DNA of 64,000 nucleotides from Halocalculus aciditolerans (GCF_014647475.1 NZ_BMPG01000007.1:4696-68695), one strand, 5' to 3'. Numbered from the stretch's first letter, positions 1 to 9,794 are shown. Made by a program: numbers and translations. The notes: generated by a model not told the origin, from the sequence alone.

Positions 1-499
1 AGGCGGTGTGCCAGTCGGCGAGCGCGGTGAGGCCGACCATGAGACCGGGGGCGGCGGCGAACCCGACGAACCCGCCGAAGGAGTGGACGCTGAACTGGCG
101 GCCTTCGGTGGCGTCGTCGCCGGCGGCGTCGAGGAGCGCGTAGTTCCCGGGGTGGAAGGGCGCTTGGCCGACGCCGGAGAGGAAGGCGAGCGCGAGCACG
201 TGGAGGGGCGAGGTGGCGAATCCGACGAGGCCGACGCTGACGGCGGTGAGGGCGAGGCCGCCGACGACGACGCGTTTCCCGCCGACGCGGTCGACGAGTT
301 CGCCGGCGGGGACTTGGCAGAGGAACTGCGCGACGAAGATGAGCGTGACGCTCAACGCGAGTTGGGTCTCGCTCGCGTCGAGCGCGCCGGCGAGCACGGG
401 GAAGAGCGGCGGGAGGGCGAGGAGGTAGACGTGAGAGACGAAGTGGTCGACGCTCACGAGCGCGGTGACGCCGAGCGGGCCGGACGCTCGCCGCGTCAC
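1..499 (-). CDS. MFS transporter, 5' part only (gene runs off the window start)
   Basis: Minus-strand translation from a GTG at 499 gives VTRRASGPLGVTALVSVDHFVSHVYLLALPPLFPVLAGALDASETQLALSVTLIFVAQFLCQVPAGELVDRVGGKRVV...; hydrophobic helices and the GxLaDRxGrk motif are typical of MFS transporters. The track does not list it, so the exact start is uncertain. Confidence 0.55.
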   Translation of the reverse strand, partial: MTRRASGPLGVTALVSVDHFVSHVYLLALPPLFPVLAGALDASETQLALSVTLIFVAQFLCQVPAGELVDRVGGKRVVVGGLALTAVSVGLVGFATSPLHVLALAFLSGVGQAPFHPGNYALLDAAGDDATEGRQFSVHSFGGFVGFAAAPGLMVGLTALADWHTA

Positions 500-614
500 G
501 CGACCACCCCCGCGGGCGTCGTTGTCGCGGTCGACATATCCGTCGGTAGTGGGGTTTCGACCCTAAGCGTTGTGAACGCTCCAAGATTCGGCGACAGTGA
601 GGAACCGTCAGTTG

Positions 615-1280
615 TCAGGCGGCGCGGCCGCGTCGCGGCCGGTAGACGCGGGCGTACCAGAGCGCGAAGAGGACGAGGAGGACGCCGGTGCCGAGGAGGA
701 AGGCTTCGACGCCGGGCTGGGAGAGGAACTCGACGGCTCTATCGAGGAGCGAGGGCTGGGTGTCCGCGGTCGAGACGGCCATCGTGGAGACTTGGCCGCC
801 GCCGGCGTCGGCCTCCGAGCTCGCCGGTGCGCCGAGCGGGAGGCGGGTGACGAGCCCCTGGACGAGCACGCCGAGGACGGCGACGAGCGCGACCGCGCCG
901 AAGAGCCGGGTGAGCGCGCGCGTGAGCACGGACTTCGACTCCTCGCCGCCGGCGAAGAGGACGAGACCGGCGTTCGTCGGCGCGTAGACGTTCATCTCCG
1001 TTCCCTGCTCGGAGTACCACGTGCCGGCGACTTCGACGAGCCCGGCTTCCTGGAGTTTCTCGAGGTGGTAGCTCGTGTTCTGCAGCGAGGTGTCGTGGCG
1101 GTCCGCGAGGTCTGAGGTCGTCGAGGGCTCCTCGTAGAGCGACGCGAGGAACTCGCGGCGCGTCCGCGCGGCGAGGACGTCGAAGACGTCGTCGGCGTCC
1201 GCGTCGTCCAGCGCGAGGACGCGCGTGTCGTCGTCACCCGACCCCTGCACGCGTGGTCGCGGTGGGAACTGACTGGGCAC
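615..1280 (-). CDS. winged-helix (ArsR-like) DNA-binding protein with C-terminal transmembrane helix
   Basis: Acidic N-terminal domain with an HTH-like segment (TSDLADRHDTSLQNTSYHLEKLQEAGLVE), then two hydrophobic stretches. Confidence 0.55.
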   Translation of the reverse strand: MPSQFPPRPRVQGSGDDDTRVLALDDADADDVFDVLAARTRREFLASLYEEPSTTSDLADRHDTSLQNTSYHLEKLQEAGLVEVAGTWYSEQGTEMNVYAPTNAGLVLFAGGEESKSVLTRALTRLFGAVALVAVLGVLVQGLVTRLPLGAPASSEADAGGGQVSTMAVSTADTQPSLLDRAVEFLSQPGVEAFLLGTGVLLVLFALWYARVYRPRRGRAA

Positions 1281-1355
1281 GCGTACGGATACGTGCCGGG
1301 TGGCTTAGATGTTTTCGAGAGTCAAGCCGTGATTTGACCCGGGTTCGTTCGCCGG

Positions 1356-2363
1356 TTACGCGCCGCGCCAGAGAACGTCGTCGGCGAGGTCGCCGCGCGT
1401 GATGACGCCGACCGTGCGCCTCCCGGCGTCGCGGACGACGGCGAACGCCACGTTCTGCTCGCGGAACGCCTGGTAGAGTTCGCGGGCGGTCCACGAGTCG
1501 CGCGCGGAGAGCGGCGCGTCGAGCACGCTGTCGAGCGTCGCTCCGTCGCGAGCGGCGCGGGCGGCGGCCCGCGCGGTGACGACGCCGCGGACGTCGTCCA
1601 GCGTGTCGCCGACGACGAGGACGCGGGTGACGTCGGCGTCGAGGGCCGCGTCGCGCGCCGCTTCCGCGGTGGCGCTGACGGGAACGGCGACGACGCTCTC
1701 ACGCGGCGTCATGAGTTCCTCCACGGCTTCCTGTTCGAGGGAGAGCACGGCGTTCACGCTCTGGCGTTCGTCGTCGTCGATGACGCCGATCTGCGCGCCG
1801 GTGTGGAGGAGCGCGAGAATCTCCTCGCGGGTGACGTAGGGTTTCTCCACGGCCGGGCCGGCTACGAGCGTGGTGAGCGCGGCGGAGGCGTGCTCGAACA
1901 GCCAGACGACGGGGCCGAGCGCGCGTTCGAGGGCGGCGACGGGGCGGGCGACGCGGAGCGACCACGACTCGGCGTTCGCGACGCCGAACGCCTTCGGCGC
2001 GATCTCCCCGAAGAGGAGCACGAGCACGCTCGTCACGACGGTCGCGAGCGCGATGCCCGCCCCGTCGGGGAGGAGGGCGACGGAGAGCGCGGCGACGACC
2101 GTGGAGAGCGCGACGTTCACGACGTTGTTCCCGACGAGGATGGTGACGAGCAGTCGGTGTGGGTCCTCGCGGAGCGCGGCGAGCGTGCGCGCACGGGCGT
2201 CCGCCGACGAGGCGAGCGATTCGACACGGTGGATTTGGAGGCTGAAGATCGCGATTTCGGCCGAAGAGAAGAACGCGCTCGCGGCGAGCAACACGGCGCA
2301 GAAGACGGCCGCCCCGACGAGGAACGTATCGACCATACCGAATCGAGCGGGCGACGGCCACAT
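1356..2363 (-). CDS. CNNM/CorC/HlyC-family protein (DUF21 transmembrane domain + CBS pair), putative Mg/Co efflux
   Basis: N-terminal multi-TM DUF21-like region (MVDTFLVGAAVFCAVLLAASAFFSSAEIAIFSL), then two CBS-like repeats. The start may be the internal ATG at 2336. Confidence 0.8.
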   Translation of the reverse strand: MWPSPARFGMVDTFLVGAAVFCAVLLAASAFFSSAEIAIFSLQIHRVESLASSADARARTLAALREDPHRLLVTILVGNNVVNVALSTVVAALSVALLPDGAGIALATVVTSVLVLLFGEIAPKAFGVANAESWSLRVARPVAALERALGPVVWLFEHASAALTTLVAGPAVEKPYVTREEILALLHTGAQIGVIDDDERQSVNAVLSLEQEAVEELMTPRESVVAVPVSATAEAARDAALDADVTRVLVVGDTLDDVRGVVTARAAARAARDGATLDSVLDAPLSARDSWTARELYQAFREQNVAFAVVRDAGRRTVGVITRGDLADDVLWRGA

Positions 2364-2419
2364 AAGTGCCGTCCCGCGGACGGCGTCGCTTTTCCCGACG
2401 CCGCGTGAACAGACAAGTA

Positions 2420-2632
2420 ATGAGCGGTCCCCCGGCCGAGTGTCCGCGGTGCGGCGGCGTGCGCTTCGAGCGACAGTACACGACCGGCGCGGGGTGGCGC
2501 GTCGTCGGCTACCGCTGTCAGGCGTGCGGCTACCGAGCGAGCGCGGACGCGACGACGCAGGCGGCGACCGTCGTGGGGGCGGCCGCGCTCGCCGCCGCCG
2601 TCGCCGCCGCGGTGAAGCGCTGGGTCTCCTGA
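2420..2632 (+). CDS. small zinc-ribbon protein with C-terminal hydrophobic tail
   Basis: MSGPPAECPRCGG...YRCQACGY has two CxxC pairs and a hydrophobic C-terminus (VVGAAALAAAVAAAV). I start it at the internal ATG at 2420 because the track ORF 2366.. has an Arg-rich, implausible N-terminus. Confidence 0.4.
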   Translation: MSGPPAECPRCGGVRFERQYTTGAGWRVVGYRCQACGYRASADATTQAATVVGAAALAAAVAAAVKRWVS

Positions 2633-4432
2633 CTACGCGTCCCAGCGCGCGTCGGAGAGCGTGCGCTGCACGACCTCGTGGCCGACGGCTTCCGCGAGCG
2701 CCTCGTAGCCGGCGCGCTCCGCGGGGTTCCGGGCGTTCGCGATGAGGCGGGAGACGATGAACTCGGGCGTGGAGCGGCCGACGACGCCGAACCGCGGCTG
2801 GTAGTCGACTTCGAGTTCGAGGTCGGGCGTGAGGCCTTCGGCGAAGATACCGTCGACGCGCGCGGCGTCCGGGAGCGGTTCGAGGTCGTCCGCGAGGTGC
2901 GTGACGAACACGCCGAGCGCGCCGCGGTCGACCGTGAGCGTGACGAGGCCGTGCAGGAGGTCGGCGGCGCTCCCCGGCTCCGTGATGGCTTCGAACTCGT
3001 CGACGAGCATGATGGTCTTCCCCTCCGCCGTCACCGGCGGGACGACGGACTTCAGCGTTGACTCCAGCACGCCCGCGTTGAACGACGCGTGCCGGCGGTG
3101 GAAGACCACGGCGTCCACGACCGGGACTTCGGCGTGTTCCGCGGGCACGGGGAGGCCGAGGTGCGCGAGCACGCTCACCTCGCAGAGCGTCTCCAGCACC
3201 GTCGTCTTCCCGCCGGAGTTCGCGCCCGTCAGCACGGCGACTGCGTCGTCAGACGGCATCGGCGTCCCCGTCGCGTCCTCGCCGAACGTGATCCCGTCCG
3301 CCCCGCTCGCTCCATTCGCGCTCGCACCGAGCGCGTGCACGCCGACGCCGTAGTCGATGGGTTGGACGGATTCTCCCTCGGCTTCGAGGTCGAGGTTCCG
3401 CGCGCCCACGACGGCGAGTCCGTCGTCGACGAGCGTCGGGCGCGTGAGGTCGAACGCGTCGGCGAACCGCGCGAGCGAGAGCGCGAAGGCGATGTCGTCC
3501 ACGGCTTCCACCGCGGCGTCCACGTCCGCCCGCGCGTCGTCCACCGCGTCCCGGAGGTCGTCGGCGACCGCCGCCTCCCGCTGCTCGACGTCCTCACGGA
3601 GGTCGTCCGCGAGCCCGCGGAGCGTGTTCGAGACGAAATCCGCCGCGTCAGCCGCCTCCACTTCGGTCGCGCGCCGCACGCGCGTCGACGACACGCCCGC
3701 CTCGTCGACGACGTACTCGACGAACGCCTCGCGGAATCCCTCTGTACCCTGCACGCCCTCGCTCCGCACCGCCGCCATGACGCTCGCCGGGTCGCGCGCC
3801 AGCCGCTCCACCGCGTCCAGCGACTCGCGGTACTCGTCCAGCCGGTCGTCCGCTCCGGGCGCGACACCGCCGTCGTCGAGCGCCGACAGCGCCGTCGACG
3901 CGTCCGCCAGTGCGTCCGCGTCCAAGTCGCCGAGCGGCGCGAACACCCCGTCCGTGAACCCCGCGTCGAGGAGGTCGACCGCCGTATCCACCGCCGACGC
4001 CTCGCCGCCCGCAACCGCGTCGTGCGCGTCGAACACCGCCAACACGCGCTCGCGCCCCCCCGCATCGAGCCCGCGCCACGTCTCCCGCGCCTCGCCCACG
4101 AGGTCCAAGCGCGCCTCTATCGCGTCCGCGTCGAGCAGCGGCGTCAACACGCGAATCCGGTCCGCCGCGTGCCCCGTCACCGCGTACGACTGCGCGCGCT
4201 CCACGAGATCCTTGTAGATGTCGCGCGCGTCGTCCGTCGCCAAGAGGTCCAAGCCCTCACCGCCGTTCGCCCGCCGCAGAATCCGCGTCGCCCGCCCGCT
4301 CGACACCCCCGCCTCCACGAGCGCGCGACTGTTCGCCGACTCGATCGCCGACACCGCCGCCTCCACCCCGAGCGCCTCCGACAGCAACGCCGCCGTCTTC
4401 GGGCCCACGCCCCAGTACTCCTCCAGTCGCAT
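2633..4432 (-). CDS. archaeal MutS2-like protein (N-terminal helix-hairpin-helix, C-terminal MutS domain V ATPase)
   Basis: Walker A LTGANSGGKTTVLETL, MutS ABC-ATPase signature region and an N-terminal HhH (EYWGVGPKTAALLSEALG). Start trimmed from 4504 to ATG 4432 to drop an Arg/Gly-rich N-terminal extension. Confidence 0.8.
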   Translation of the reverse strand: MRLEEYWGVGPKTAALLSEALGVEAAVSAIESANSRALVEAGVSSGRATRILRRANGGEGLDLLATDDARDIYKDLVERAQSYAVTGHAADRIRVLTPLLDADAIEARLDLVGEARETWRGLDAGGRERVLAVFDAHDAVAGGEASAVDTAVDLLDAGFTDGVFAPLGDLDADALADASTALSALDDGGVAPGADDRLDEYRESLDAVERLARDPASVMAAVRSEGVQGTEGFREAFVEYVVDEAGVSSTRVRRATEVEAADAADFVSNTLRGLADDLREDVEQREAAVADDLRDAVDDARADVDAAVEAVDDIAFALSLARFADAFDLTRPTLVDDGLAVVGARNLDLEAEGESVQPIDYGVGVHALGASANGASGADGITFGEDATGTPMPSDDAVAVLTGANSGGKTTVLETLCEVSVLAHLGLPVPAEHAEVPVVDAVVFHRRHASFNAGVLESTLKSVVPPVTAEGKTIMLVDEFEAITEPGSAADLLHGLVTLTVDRGALGVFVTHLADDLEPLPDAARVDGIFAEGLTPDLELEVDYQPRFGVVGRSTPEFIVSRLIANARNPAERAGYEALAEAVGHEVVQRTLSDARWDA

Positions 4433-4573
4433 ACCACCGACTGCGCGACCACGCCGGTTAGAGCTTTCGCGAGAACACACGGAGCCTCCACCGAATCGCC
4501 CCATTCGCTCGCTCGACCGTTCGGCTGTCCGGCGGGTCTCCCTCCTTCGCGTCGCTCTATCGCTCCGACCCGC

Positions 4574-5392
4574 CTACTCCTCGAAGGTCGCGCCTGCCGG
4601 GTGAACCCGGCAGGTCTCCGCGTCGTAGCCGGCGTCGGTGAGGCCGGTGCCGAGGGTGTAGACGGTGCGGCCGAGCATCGCCATGCTGGCGGTGTCGACG
4701 TCGTCGAGGACGGCGGCGACGTCGTCGGTGATGACGCCGGCGTCGCGGGCGAAGCTGCGGGCGGCGTCGATGAAGCCGGGGAGGGTCGGGCGGTCGAGGA
4801 GCGCGGTGAGAGCGTCTTCGCCGGCGGCGGAGAGTTCGGTGGTGGAGCCGGAGATGACGTCGCTGGTGGCGAGCCCGCCGAAGGTGAGGTATTCGACGCG
4901 GGCGGCGGCGGGGATGGCGTCGAGGCGGCCGTGGGGGGGTGCGCCGGGTTCGAGGCGGATGGGAACGCCGCCGCGGGCCTGCGCGACGACGTCGCCGAGG
5001 CCGGTTCCGGAGGAGACTTCGGCCTCGTGGGCGACGCGGATGACGGCGTTGTCCGTCTTCCCGCAGTCGAACGCGGCGTTCGCGGCGTAGGCGGTGCCGA
5101 GCGCCATCGCGCCGGAGACGCCGAAGCCCGCGCCGAGGGGGAGCGGCGTCTCCGCGTGAATCTCGGCGGTGACGTCGAGCGCGTCGAGCACGCCGGCGAC
5201 GGGCGGCATCTCGACCGGGTCGCCGTTGAGCGTCACGAGAGAGTCCGGAGCGGGTGTGAGCGCGACGGTGACGCCGTCGGTGAGCGTGACGCCGGCACCG
5301 CGGGAGCCGGCGCGTTCGGGGTCGGCGTGTCGGTGGACGCTGAACAGCCCGGTGATGTGCCCGGGGACGAAAACCTCGACTGCGTCCGTCAT
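4574..5392 (-). CDS. pantoate kinase (archaeal CoA biosynthesis, GHMP kinase family)
   Basis: Motifs FVPGHITGLF, GSRGAGVTL, GAGFGVSGAMALGTA and AHEAEVSSGTGLGDVVAQARGGVPIRLEPGAP match the archaeal pantoate kinase family block for block. Start trimmed to ATG 5392; the track N-terminus 5393-5554 is Arg-rich and runs into a repeat. Confidence 0.8.
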   Translation of the reverse strand: MTDAVEVFVPGHITGLFSVHRHADPERAGSRGAGVTLTDGVTVALTPAPDSLVTLNGDPVEMPPVAGVLDALDVTAEIHAETPLPLGAGFGVSGAMALGTAYAANAAFDCGKTDNAVIRVAHEAEVSSGTGLGDVVAQARGGVPIRLEPGAPPHGRLDAIPAAARVEYLTFGGLATSDVISGSTTELSAAGEDALTALLDRPTLPGFIDAARSFARDAGVITDDVAAVLDDVDTASMAMLGRTVYTLGTGLTDAGYDAETCRVHPAGATFEE

Positions 5393-5548
5393 TCGTGCGA
5401 GAGGAAGCGATGGGTGTAAGTTAACCGTTCGATTCGCGGACGGCGTCGACCGGGCCGCGGGCGCGGAGCGCGAGGAGCGCGCCGAGGAGGACGACCCCGG
5501 ACGCGGTGACGACGAGGGGAGAGCGAGGCGTCGTCGACGGCGCTCAGC

Positions 5549-5740
5549 CCTCACTCCGCGCGGCTCGCGTGTCGCTCACGTTCGTGCTCCCGCTCGCCAT
5601 AACGCGGTTCTCGCTCGCGCCGTCGGCGCTCGCTCCTCACTCCCCGCCCGGCTCACGGGTCGCTCACGTTCGTTCGCTCCCCGTTCGCGTCATCGCGGTT
5701 CTCGCTCGCGCCGTCGGCGCTCGCTCCGAACCGCGTTACG
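5549..5740. repeat. intergenic repeat element, copy A: two tandem about 90 bp units plus a ccgaaccgcgtta end module
   Basis: Unit 1 is 5549-5634 and unit 2 is 5635-5725, with about 85% identity. The end module ccgaaccgcgtta directly abuts the GGGPS stop codon. It shares the modules cgcggttctc, ctcacgttcgttcgctc and gctccccgttcgc with the repeats at 32.6, 61.1 and 63.9 kb. Confidence 0.8.
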
Positions 5741-6434
5741 CCTCTTTCGCTCCTTTCACCGTCTCGCGGACGGCGTCGACGCCTTCGTCGTGCAGGAGGT
5801 CGCCGACGACGATGGTGTCGGCGTGCTGCGCCATCTCGTAGGCGGCGTCGTAGCCGTGGATGCCGCCGCCGTAGAAGAGCGTCGCCTCGTCGATGCCGTC
5901 CTGGGCGGCCTGCACGACGTCGGGGTCGCCGAGCGTCCCCGAATATTCGACGTAGACGATGTCCTGGCCGAACAGGCGTTCGGCGACTTTCGCGTACGAG
6001 TGGACGTCGTCCGCGGTGAGGTCCGTGTCCGCGTCAGTGAGTTCCGCGACGCTCGCATCGTCGTTCAGAACGATGTAGGCCTCCGTCGTCGTGCGCTCCC
6101 ACGCGATGTCCGCGATGCGCTCCCACTCCTTGTGCGCGCCCGTCACCCAGAACACGTCGCCCGCGTTGAACACCGTCGGAATGAGATACCCATCTAAGGC
6201 GTCGTCCTCGACGACGACGCTCGGCATCGACGGCTCCTGATAGAGCGGCACGTCGTGTTTCGCGCACGCCTCGATGACGCGCTCCATCTTCTCCGCCGTG
6301 ATATCCAGTGTGCCGCCGATCTCGATGGCGTCCGTCCCCGTCGCACAGACGTCGTCGAACGTCTCACCCGCTACCAGTTCCTTGTCCGGGTCCACCTTCA
6401 GAACGTGGTCCCAGTCCGTCCACGGCGTAGTCAT
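5736..6434 (-). CDS. geranylgeranylglyceryl phosphate synthase (GGGPS / PcrB family)
   Basis: N-terminal [11 protein letters not shown] signature, TIM-barrel composition and a length of about 230 aa are typical of archaeal GGGP synthase. Confidence 0.8.
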   Translation of the reverse strand: MTTPWTDWDHVLKVDPDKELVAGETFDDVCATGTDAIEIGGTLDITAEKMERVIEACAKHDVPLYQEPSMPSVVVEDDALDGYLIPTVFNAGDVFWVTGAHKEWERIADIAWERTTTEAYIVLNDDASVAELTDADTDLTADDVHSYAKVAERLFGQDIVYVEYSGTLGDPDVVQAAQDGIDEATLFYGGGIHGYDAAYEMAQHADTIVVGDLLHDEGVDAVRETVKGAKEA

Positions 6435-6503
6435 ACTACCGGGTAGCGGCGCGGACAGGCAAATTCCTTCCGAACCGACGGGAGAACCAGAACGTCTCGC
6501 CGA

Positions 6504-7457
6504 CTAGTGGAGGCCCATCGCCTCGATCTGCTCCTGGTAGCGGTTCCGGATGGTGACCTCAGTCACCTGCGCGACGTCGGCGACCTCGCGCTGCGTCTTC
6601 TTCTCGTTGCAGAGGAGGGACGCGGCGTAGATGGCGGCTGCGGCGTAGCCCGTCGGACTCTTGCCGGAGAGGAGCCCCTTCTCGGCGGTGGTTTCGATGA
6701 TTTCGCCGGCTTTCGACTGCACTTCCTCGGAGAGGTCGAGTTCGCTGCAGAACCGCGGGACGTACTTCGTCGGGTCGACGGGTTTCATCTCCAGGCCGAG
6801 CTCCTGACTCACGTACCGATACGTGCGGCCGATCTCCTTGCGCTCGACGCGGGAGACCTCGCTGATCTCCTCCAGCGAGCGCGGGATACCCTCTTTCCGG
6901 CACGCCGCGTAGAGACAGGAGGTGGCGACGCCTTCGATACTGCGCCCGCGGATGAGGTCCTCCTTCAGCGCGCGCCGGTAGATGACCGACGCCACCTCGC
7001 GCACGGAGCGCGGCACGCCGATAGCGGACGCCATGCGGTCGATTTCGCTGAGCGCGAACTGGAGGTTCCGCTCGCCCGCGTCCTTCGTTCGGATGCGCTC
7101 TTGCCACTTGCGCAGGCGGTGCATCTGCGAGCGCTTCTTCGAGCTGATGGACCGACCGTAGGCGTCCTGGTCCTTCCAGTCGATCTGGGTGGTGAGACCC
7201 TTGTCGTGCATCGTCTGGGTGGTGGGGGCCCCGACTCGCGACTTCTGCTGGCGCTCCGAGTGGTTGAACGCCCGCCACTCCGGCCCTCGGTCCACGTTGT
7301 CCTCCTCGACGACGAGCCCGCAGTCCTCGCAGATGAGCTCGCCCCGGTCGGCGCTCTGCACGAGGTTCGAGGACTCACACTCGGGGCAACCCCGCTGGTC
7401 GCCGTCGCGTTCTCGCTCCGCTACGTCCTCCTCTCGCGTGCGCGTGGACCGTGACAT
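6504..7457 (-). CDS. tfb: transcription initiation factor IIB (TFB)
   Basis: N-terminal zinc ribbon [11 protein letters not shown]...CEDCG, B-finger and two cyclin-fold repeats ([16 protein letters not shown]...; [17 protein letters not shown]). Confidence 0.95.
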   Translation of the reverse strand: MSRSTRTREEDVAERERDGDQRGCPECESSNLVQSADRGELICEDCGLVVEEDNVDRGPEWRAFNHSERQQKSRVGAPTTQTMHDKGLTTQIDWKDQDAYGRSISSKKRSQMHRLRKWQERIRTKDAGERNLQFALSEIDRMASAIGVPRSVREVASVIYRRALKEDLIRGRSIEGVATSCLYAACRKEGIPRSLEEISEVSRVERKEIGRTYRYVSQELGLEMKPVDPTKYVPRFCSELDLSEEVQSKAGEIIETTAEKGLLSGKSPTGYAAAAIYAASLLCNEKKTQREVADVAQVTEVTIRNRYQEQIEAMGLH

Positions 7458-7480
7458 TCTATTGATAGAGTAGAGAAACG

Positions 7481-7492
7481 CTTATCATAAAA
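7481..7492 (-). promoter_or_regulatory. candidate TATA box for tfb (leaderless transcript)
   Basis: On the minus strand this reads ttttatgataag, an AT-rich hexamer-plus in a 70% GC background, centred about 30 nt upstream of the tfb ATG (7457). Confidence 0.3.
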
Positions 7493-7634
7493 CCACTGGC
7501 CGGGGTGAAGGTGGTCCGGCGTCGACGTCGAGGCCGAAAAGAGCGCCTATCGCGGTTTTACGGGCCTGAGGGAGGTGTTCTCCGTCTCCGGATAGAACGG
7601 AATCCCTATACGAGAGGAAGAGTGACTGCGGGTA

Positions 7635-8231
7635 ATGCCGACCATTGAATGCGACGTCGCGGCCGCGCGCGAGCGCCTCGCGGACGCGGGCGCGGACGTC
7701 GAGGAGGGGAACACGCCTCACGAGCGGTGGCGGGCGTCGCTCGGCGACGCGACCGCCGTCGCCTACGAGGATAAGGTCGTGGTGCAGGGGAAGAACCCGG
7801 CCGACGTCACGGCGGTCCTCGAAGGCGAGCGCGGCGGGCGCGTACACGCGTACTTCGACGGGGCGAGCCGCGGGAATCCGGGGCCGGCCGCCGTCGGCTG
7901 GGTGCTCGTGAGCGGCGACGGCATCGTCGCCGAGGGCGGGGAGACCATCGGGCGCGCGACGAACAATCAGGCGGAGTACGAGGCGTTGACGAAGGCGCTG
8001 GAGATGGCGAGCCAGTACGGCTTCGACGAAGTGGAGGCGAAGGGCGACAGCCAGCTCATCGTGAAGCAGGTGAAGGGCGCGTGGAACACGAACGACCCCG
8101 AGCTGAAGGAGAAACGCATCGCGGTCCGCCAGCTCCTCGAAGGGTTCGACGACTGGTCGCTGACGCACGTCCCACGGGAGGTGAACGAGCGCGCGGACGA
8201 CTTAGCGAACGAGGCGCTCGACGATGCCTGA
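7635..8231 (+). CDS. rnhA: ribonuclease HI
   Basis: Carries the RNase H fold signature (DGASRGNPGPAAVGWVL, NNQAEYEALTKALE, Q..VK.V) and is about 198 aa. Confidence 0.85.
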   Translation: MPTIECDVAAARERLADAGADVEEGNTPHERWRASLGDATAVAYEDKVVVQGKNPADVTAVLEGERGGRVHAYFDGASRGNPGPAAVGWVLVSGDGIVAEGGETIGRATNNQAEYEALTKALEMASQYGFDEVEAKGDSQLIVKQVKGAWNTNDPELKEKRIAVRQLLEGFDDWSLTHVPREVNERADDLANEALDDA

Positions 8232-8787
8232 ACTGCCCGAAGACACCGTGGAGGAGGTCGAGCGGTTGACGCGGCTGGCGCGGGACGCCGTCGACGACGC
8301 GGCGGCCGACGCGTACCGCGCCGAGCGCGACGAACTGCTCGACGAGCACGGGTATACGGCGCGTCATCGGGAGGCCGACGACACGCTCGTCCTCCACCCG
8401 AAGGAGTGGCTGGACGACGCCGGGACGGTCCGGATGGACGCCGTCGACACCGAGGAGGCGGTGGAGCTCTCGCTGTCCGGGCCGGGCGACGCGGCGGCGT
8501 ACCGGGAGACGGCGGAGCAGAACGCGGCAATCGTCGACGCCGTCGCCGAGAAACACGGGGAGACGCACGCGGCGAACGTCCGCACCCTCGCGGACTTCGC
8601 GGAGAACCACTACGCGAAACCCATCGGCGACCTCGCGTCCGAGGAGGTCGAGGAGTTCGCCGAGGAGTACTTCCCGCGGAACGCGTGGCCGACCGACGAA
8701 CAGCGCGAACTGCTGGAGCAGTCGCTCGAATACGCGTTAAAAGAAGCCGAAACAGTGGGGTCCGACGATGTCAGGACGTCGGATTAG
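8224..8787 (+). CDS. conserved hypothetical acidic protein, translationally coupled to rnhA
   Basis: Its start overlaps the rnhA stop by 8 nt. The protein is strongly acidic and non-repetitive, with no recognisable catalytic motif. Confidence 0.55.
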   Translation: MPELPEDTVEEVERLTRLARDAVDDAAADAYRAERDELLDEHGYTARHREADDTLVLHPKEWLDDAGTVRMDAVDTEEAVELSLSGPGDAAAYRETAEQNAAIVDAVAEKHGETHAANVRTLADFAENHYAKPIGDLASEEVEEFAEEYFPRNAWPTDEQRELLEQSLEYALKEAETVGSDDVRTSD

Positions 8788-9128
8788 TTAACCAGGGATT
8801 CGATGGTGTCGCGGCGCTCGTCGTCGATGACGAACTTATCGAGCACCCACGAGAGGTCGTCGACGACGGCGTCGAGGCCGTCGGCGGTGAGACCGTACTC
8901 GTTGGTTCGCTTGTCGAGTTCGGATTTCTCGACGAACCCCATGGTGACGAGGTCGTCGAGGTTCGGGTAGAGACGGCCGTGGTTGACCTCCTCGCCGTAG
9001 TAGTCTTCGAGTTCGCGTTTGATGGCGAGTCCGTAGCGCGCCTCCTCGGCGAGTACGAACAGGATGTTCTTCTGGAACGCTGTCAGGTCGCGGACGTCAC
9101 TCCGCGTCGCAGGTTGTGCCTCTGACAT
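8784..9128 (-). CDS. PadR-family transcriptional regulator
   Basis: N-terminal winged-helix block TAFQKNILFVLAEEARYGLAIKRELEDYYGEEVNHGRLYPNLDDLVTMGFVE is the classic PadR block. Confidence 0.8.
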   Translation of the reverse strand: MSEAQPATRSDVRDLTAFQKNILFVLAEEARYGLAIKRELEDYYGEEVNHGRLYPNLDDLVTMGFVEKSELDKRTNEYGLTADGLDAVVDDLSWVLDKFVIDDERRDTIESLVN

Positions 9129-9150
9129 ACATTAATTCATGTCATCCCGC

Positions 9151-9158
9151 TATTTAAA
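9151..9158 (-). promoter_or_regulatory. candidate TATA box for the PadR gene
   Basis: tatttaaa sits 23-30 nt upstream of the ATG at 9128 in the divergent padR/ppa intergenic region. Confidence 0.3.
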
Positions 9159-9240
9159 CGCTTCCCACCAGGGCGGGCGGTTCTATCGAACGCCGACCCG
9201 AAAGGCCCTTTAGGGCGTCGAACGCAGGTCGAACCGACCG

Positions 9241-9774
9241 ATGACGAACCTCTGGGAAGACTTAGAAACCGGCCCGAACGCACCGGACGAGATCTACGCC
9301 GTCGTCGAATGCCTGAAAGGCGAGCGGAACAAGTACGAGTACAACAAGGACATCCCCGGCGTCATGCTGGACCGCGTCCTCCACTCGAACGTCCACTACC
9401 CGAGCGACTACGGCTTCATCCCGCAGTCCTACTACGACGACGAGGACCCCTTCGACGTCCTCGTGCTCGTGAAGGACAAGACGTTCCCCGGCTGCGTCAT
9501 CGAGGCGCGCCCGGTCGCCCTGATGCATATGGACGACGACGGCGAGCAGGACGACAAGGTCATCGCCGTCCCGTCCGAGGACCCCCGCTACGACCACATC
9601 GACGACCTCGACGACCTCACGAAGCAGAAGAAAGACGAGATCGCGGAGTTCTTCCGCACGTACAAGAACCTCGAGGAGGGCAAGGAAGTCGCCGTCGAGG
9701 GCTGGTCGGATAAGGCGACCGCGAAGGAGGCCATCGAGCACGCGATGGACCTCTACGAGGAGAACTTCGCGTAA
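9241..9774 (+). CDS. ppa: inorganic pyrophosphatase
   Basis: Family I PPase signatures are present (DxDPxD-type YYDDEDPFDVLVL, KVIAV) and the length is 177 aa. Confidence 0.95.
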   Translation: MTNLWEDLETGPNAPDEIYAVVECLKGERNKYEYNKDIPGVMLDRVLHSNVHYPSDYGFIPQSYYDDEDPFDVLVLVKDKTFPGCVIEARPVALMHMDDDGEQDDKVIAVPSEDPRYDHIDDLDDLTKQKKDEIAEFFRTYKNLEEGKEVAVEGWSDKATAKEAIEHAMDLYEENFA

Positions 9775-9794
9775 CGGACGAACCGACGGACCGA

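Noticed and set aside
8-850. 280-aa plus-strand ORF at window start
   Set aside because: It lies antisense to the partial MFS transporter and the HTH gene, and its composition is Gly/Glu/Arg low-complexity.
3089-5419. 776-aa plus-strand ORF antisense to mutS2 and pantoate kinase
   Set aside because: The product is Arg/Pro/Gly/His-rich and non-acidic, with no motifs. It lies antisense to two well-supported genes. This is a typical stop-codon-poor artefact of more than 70% GC.
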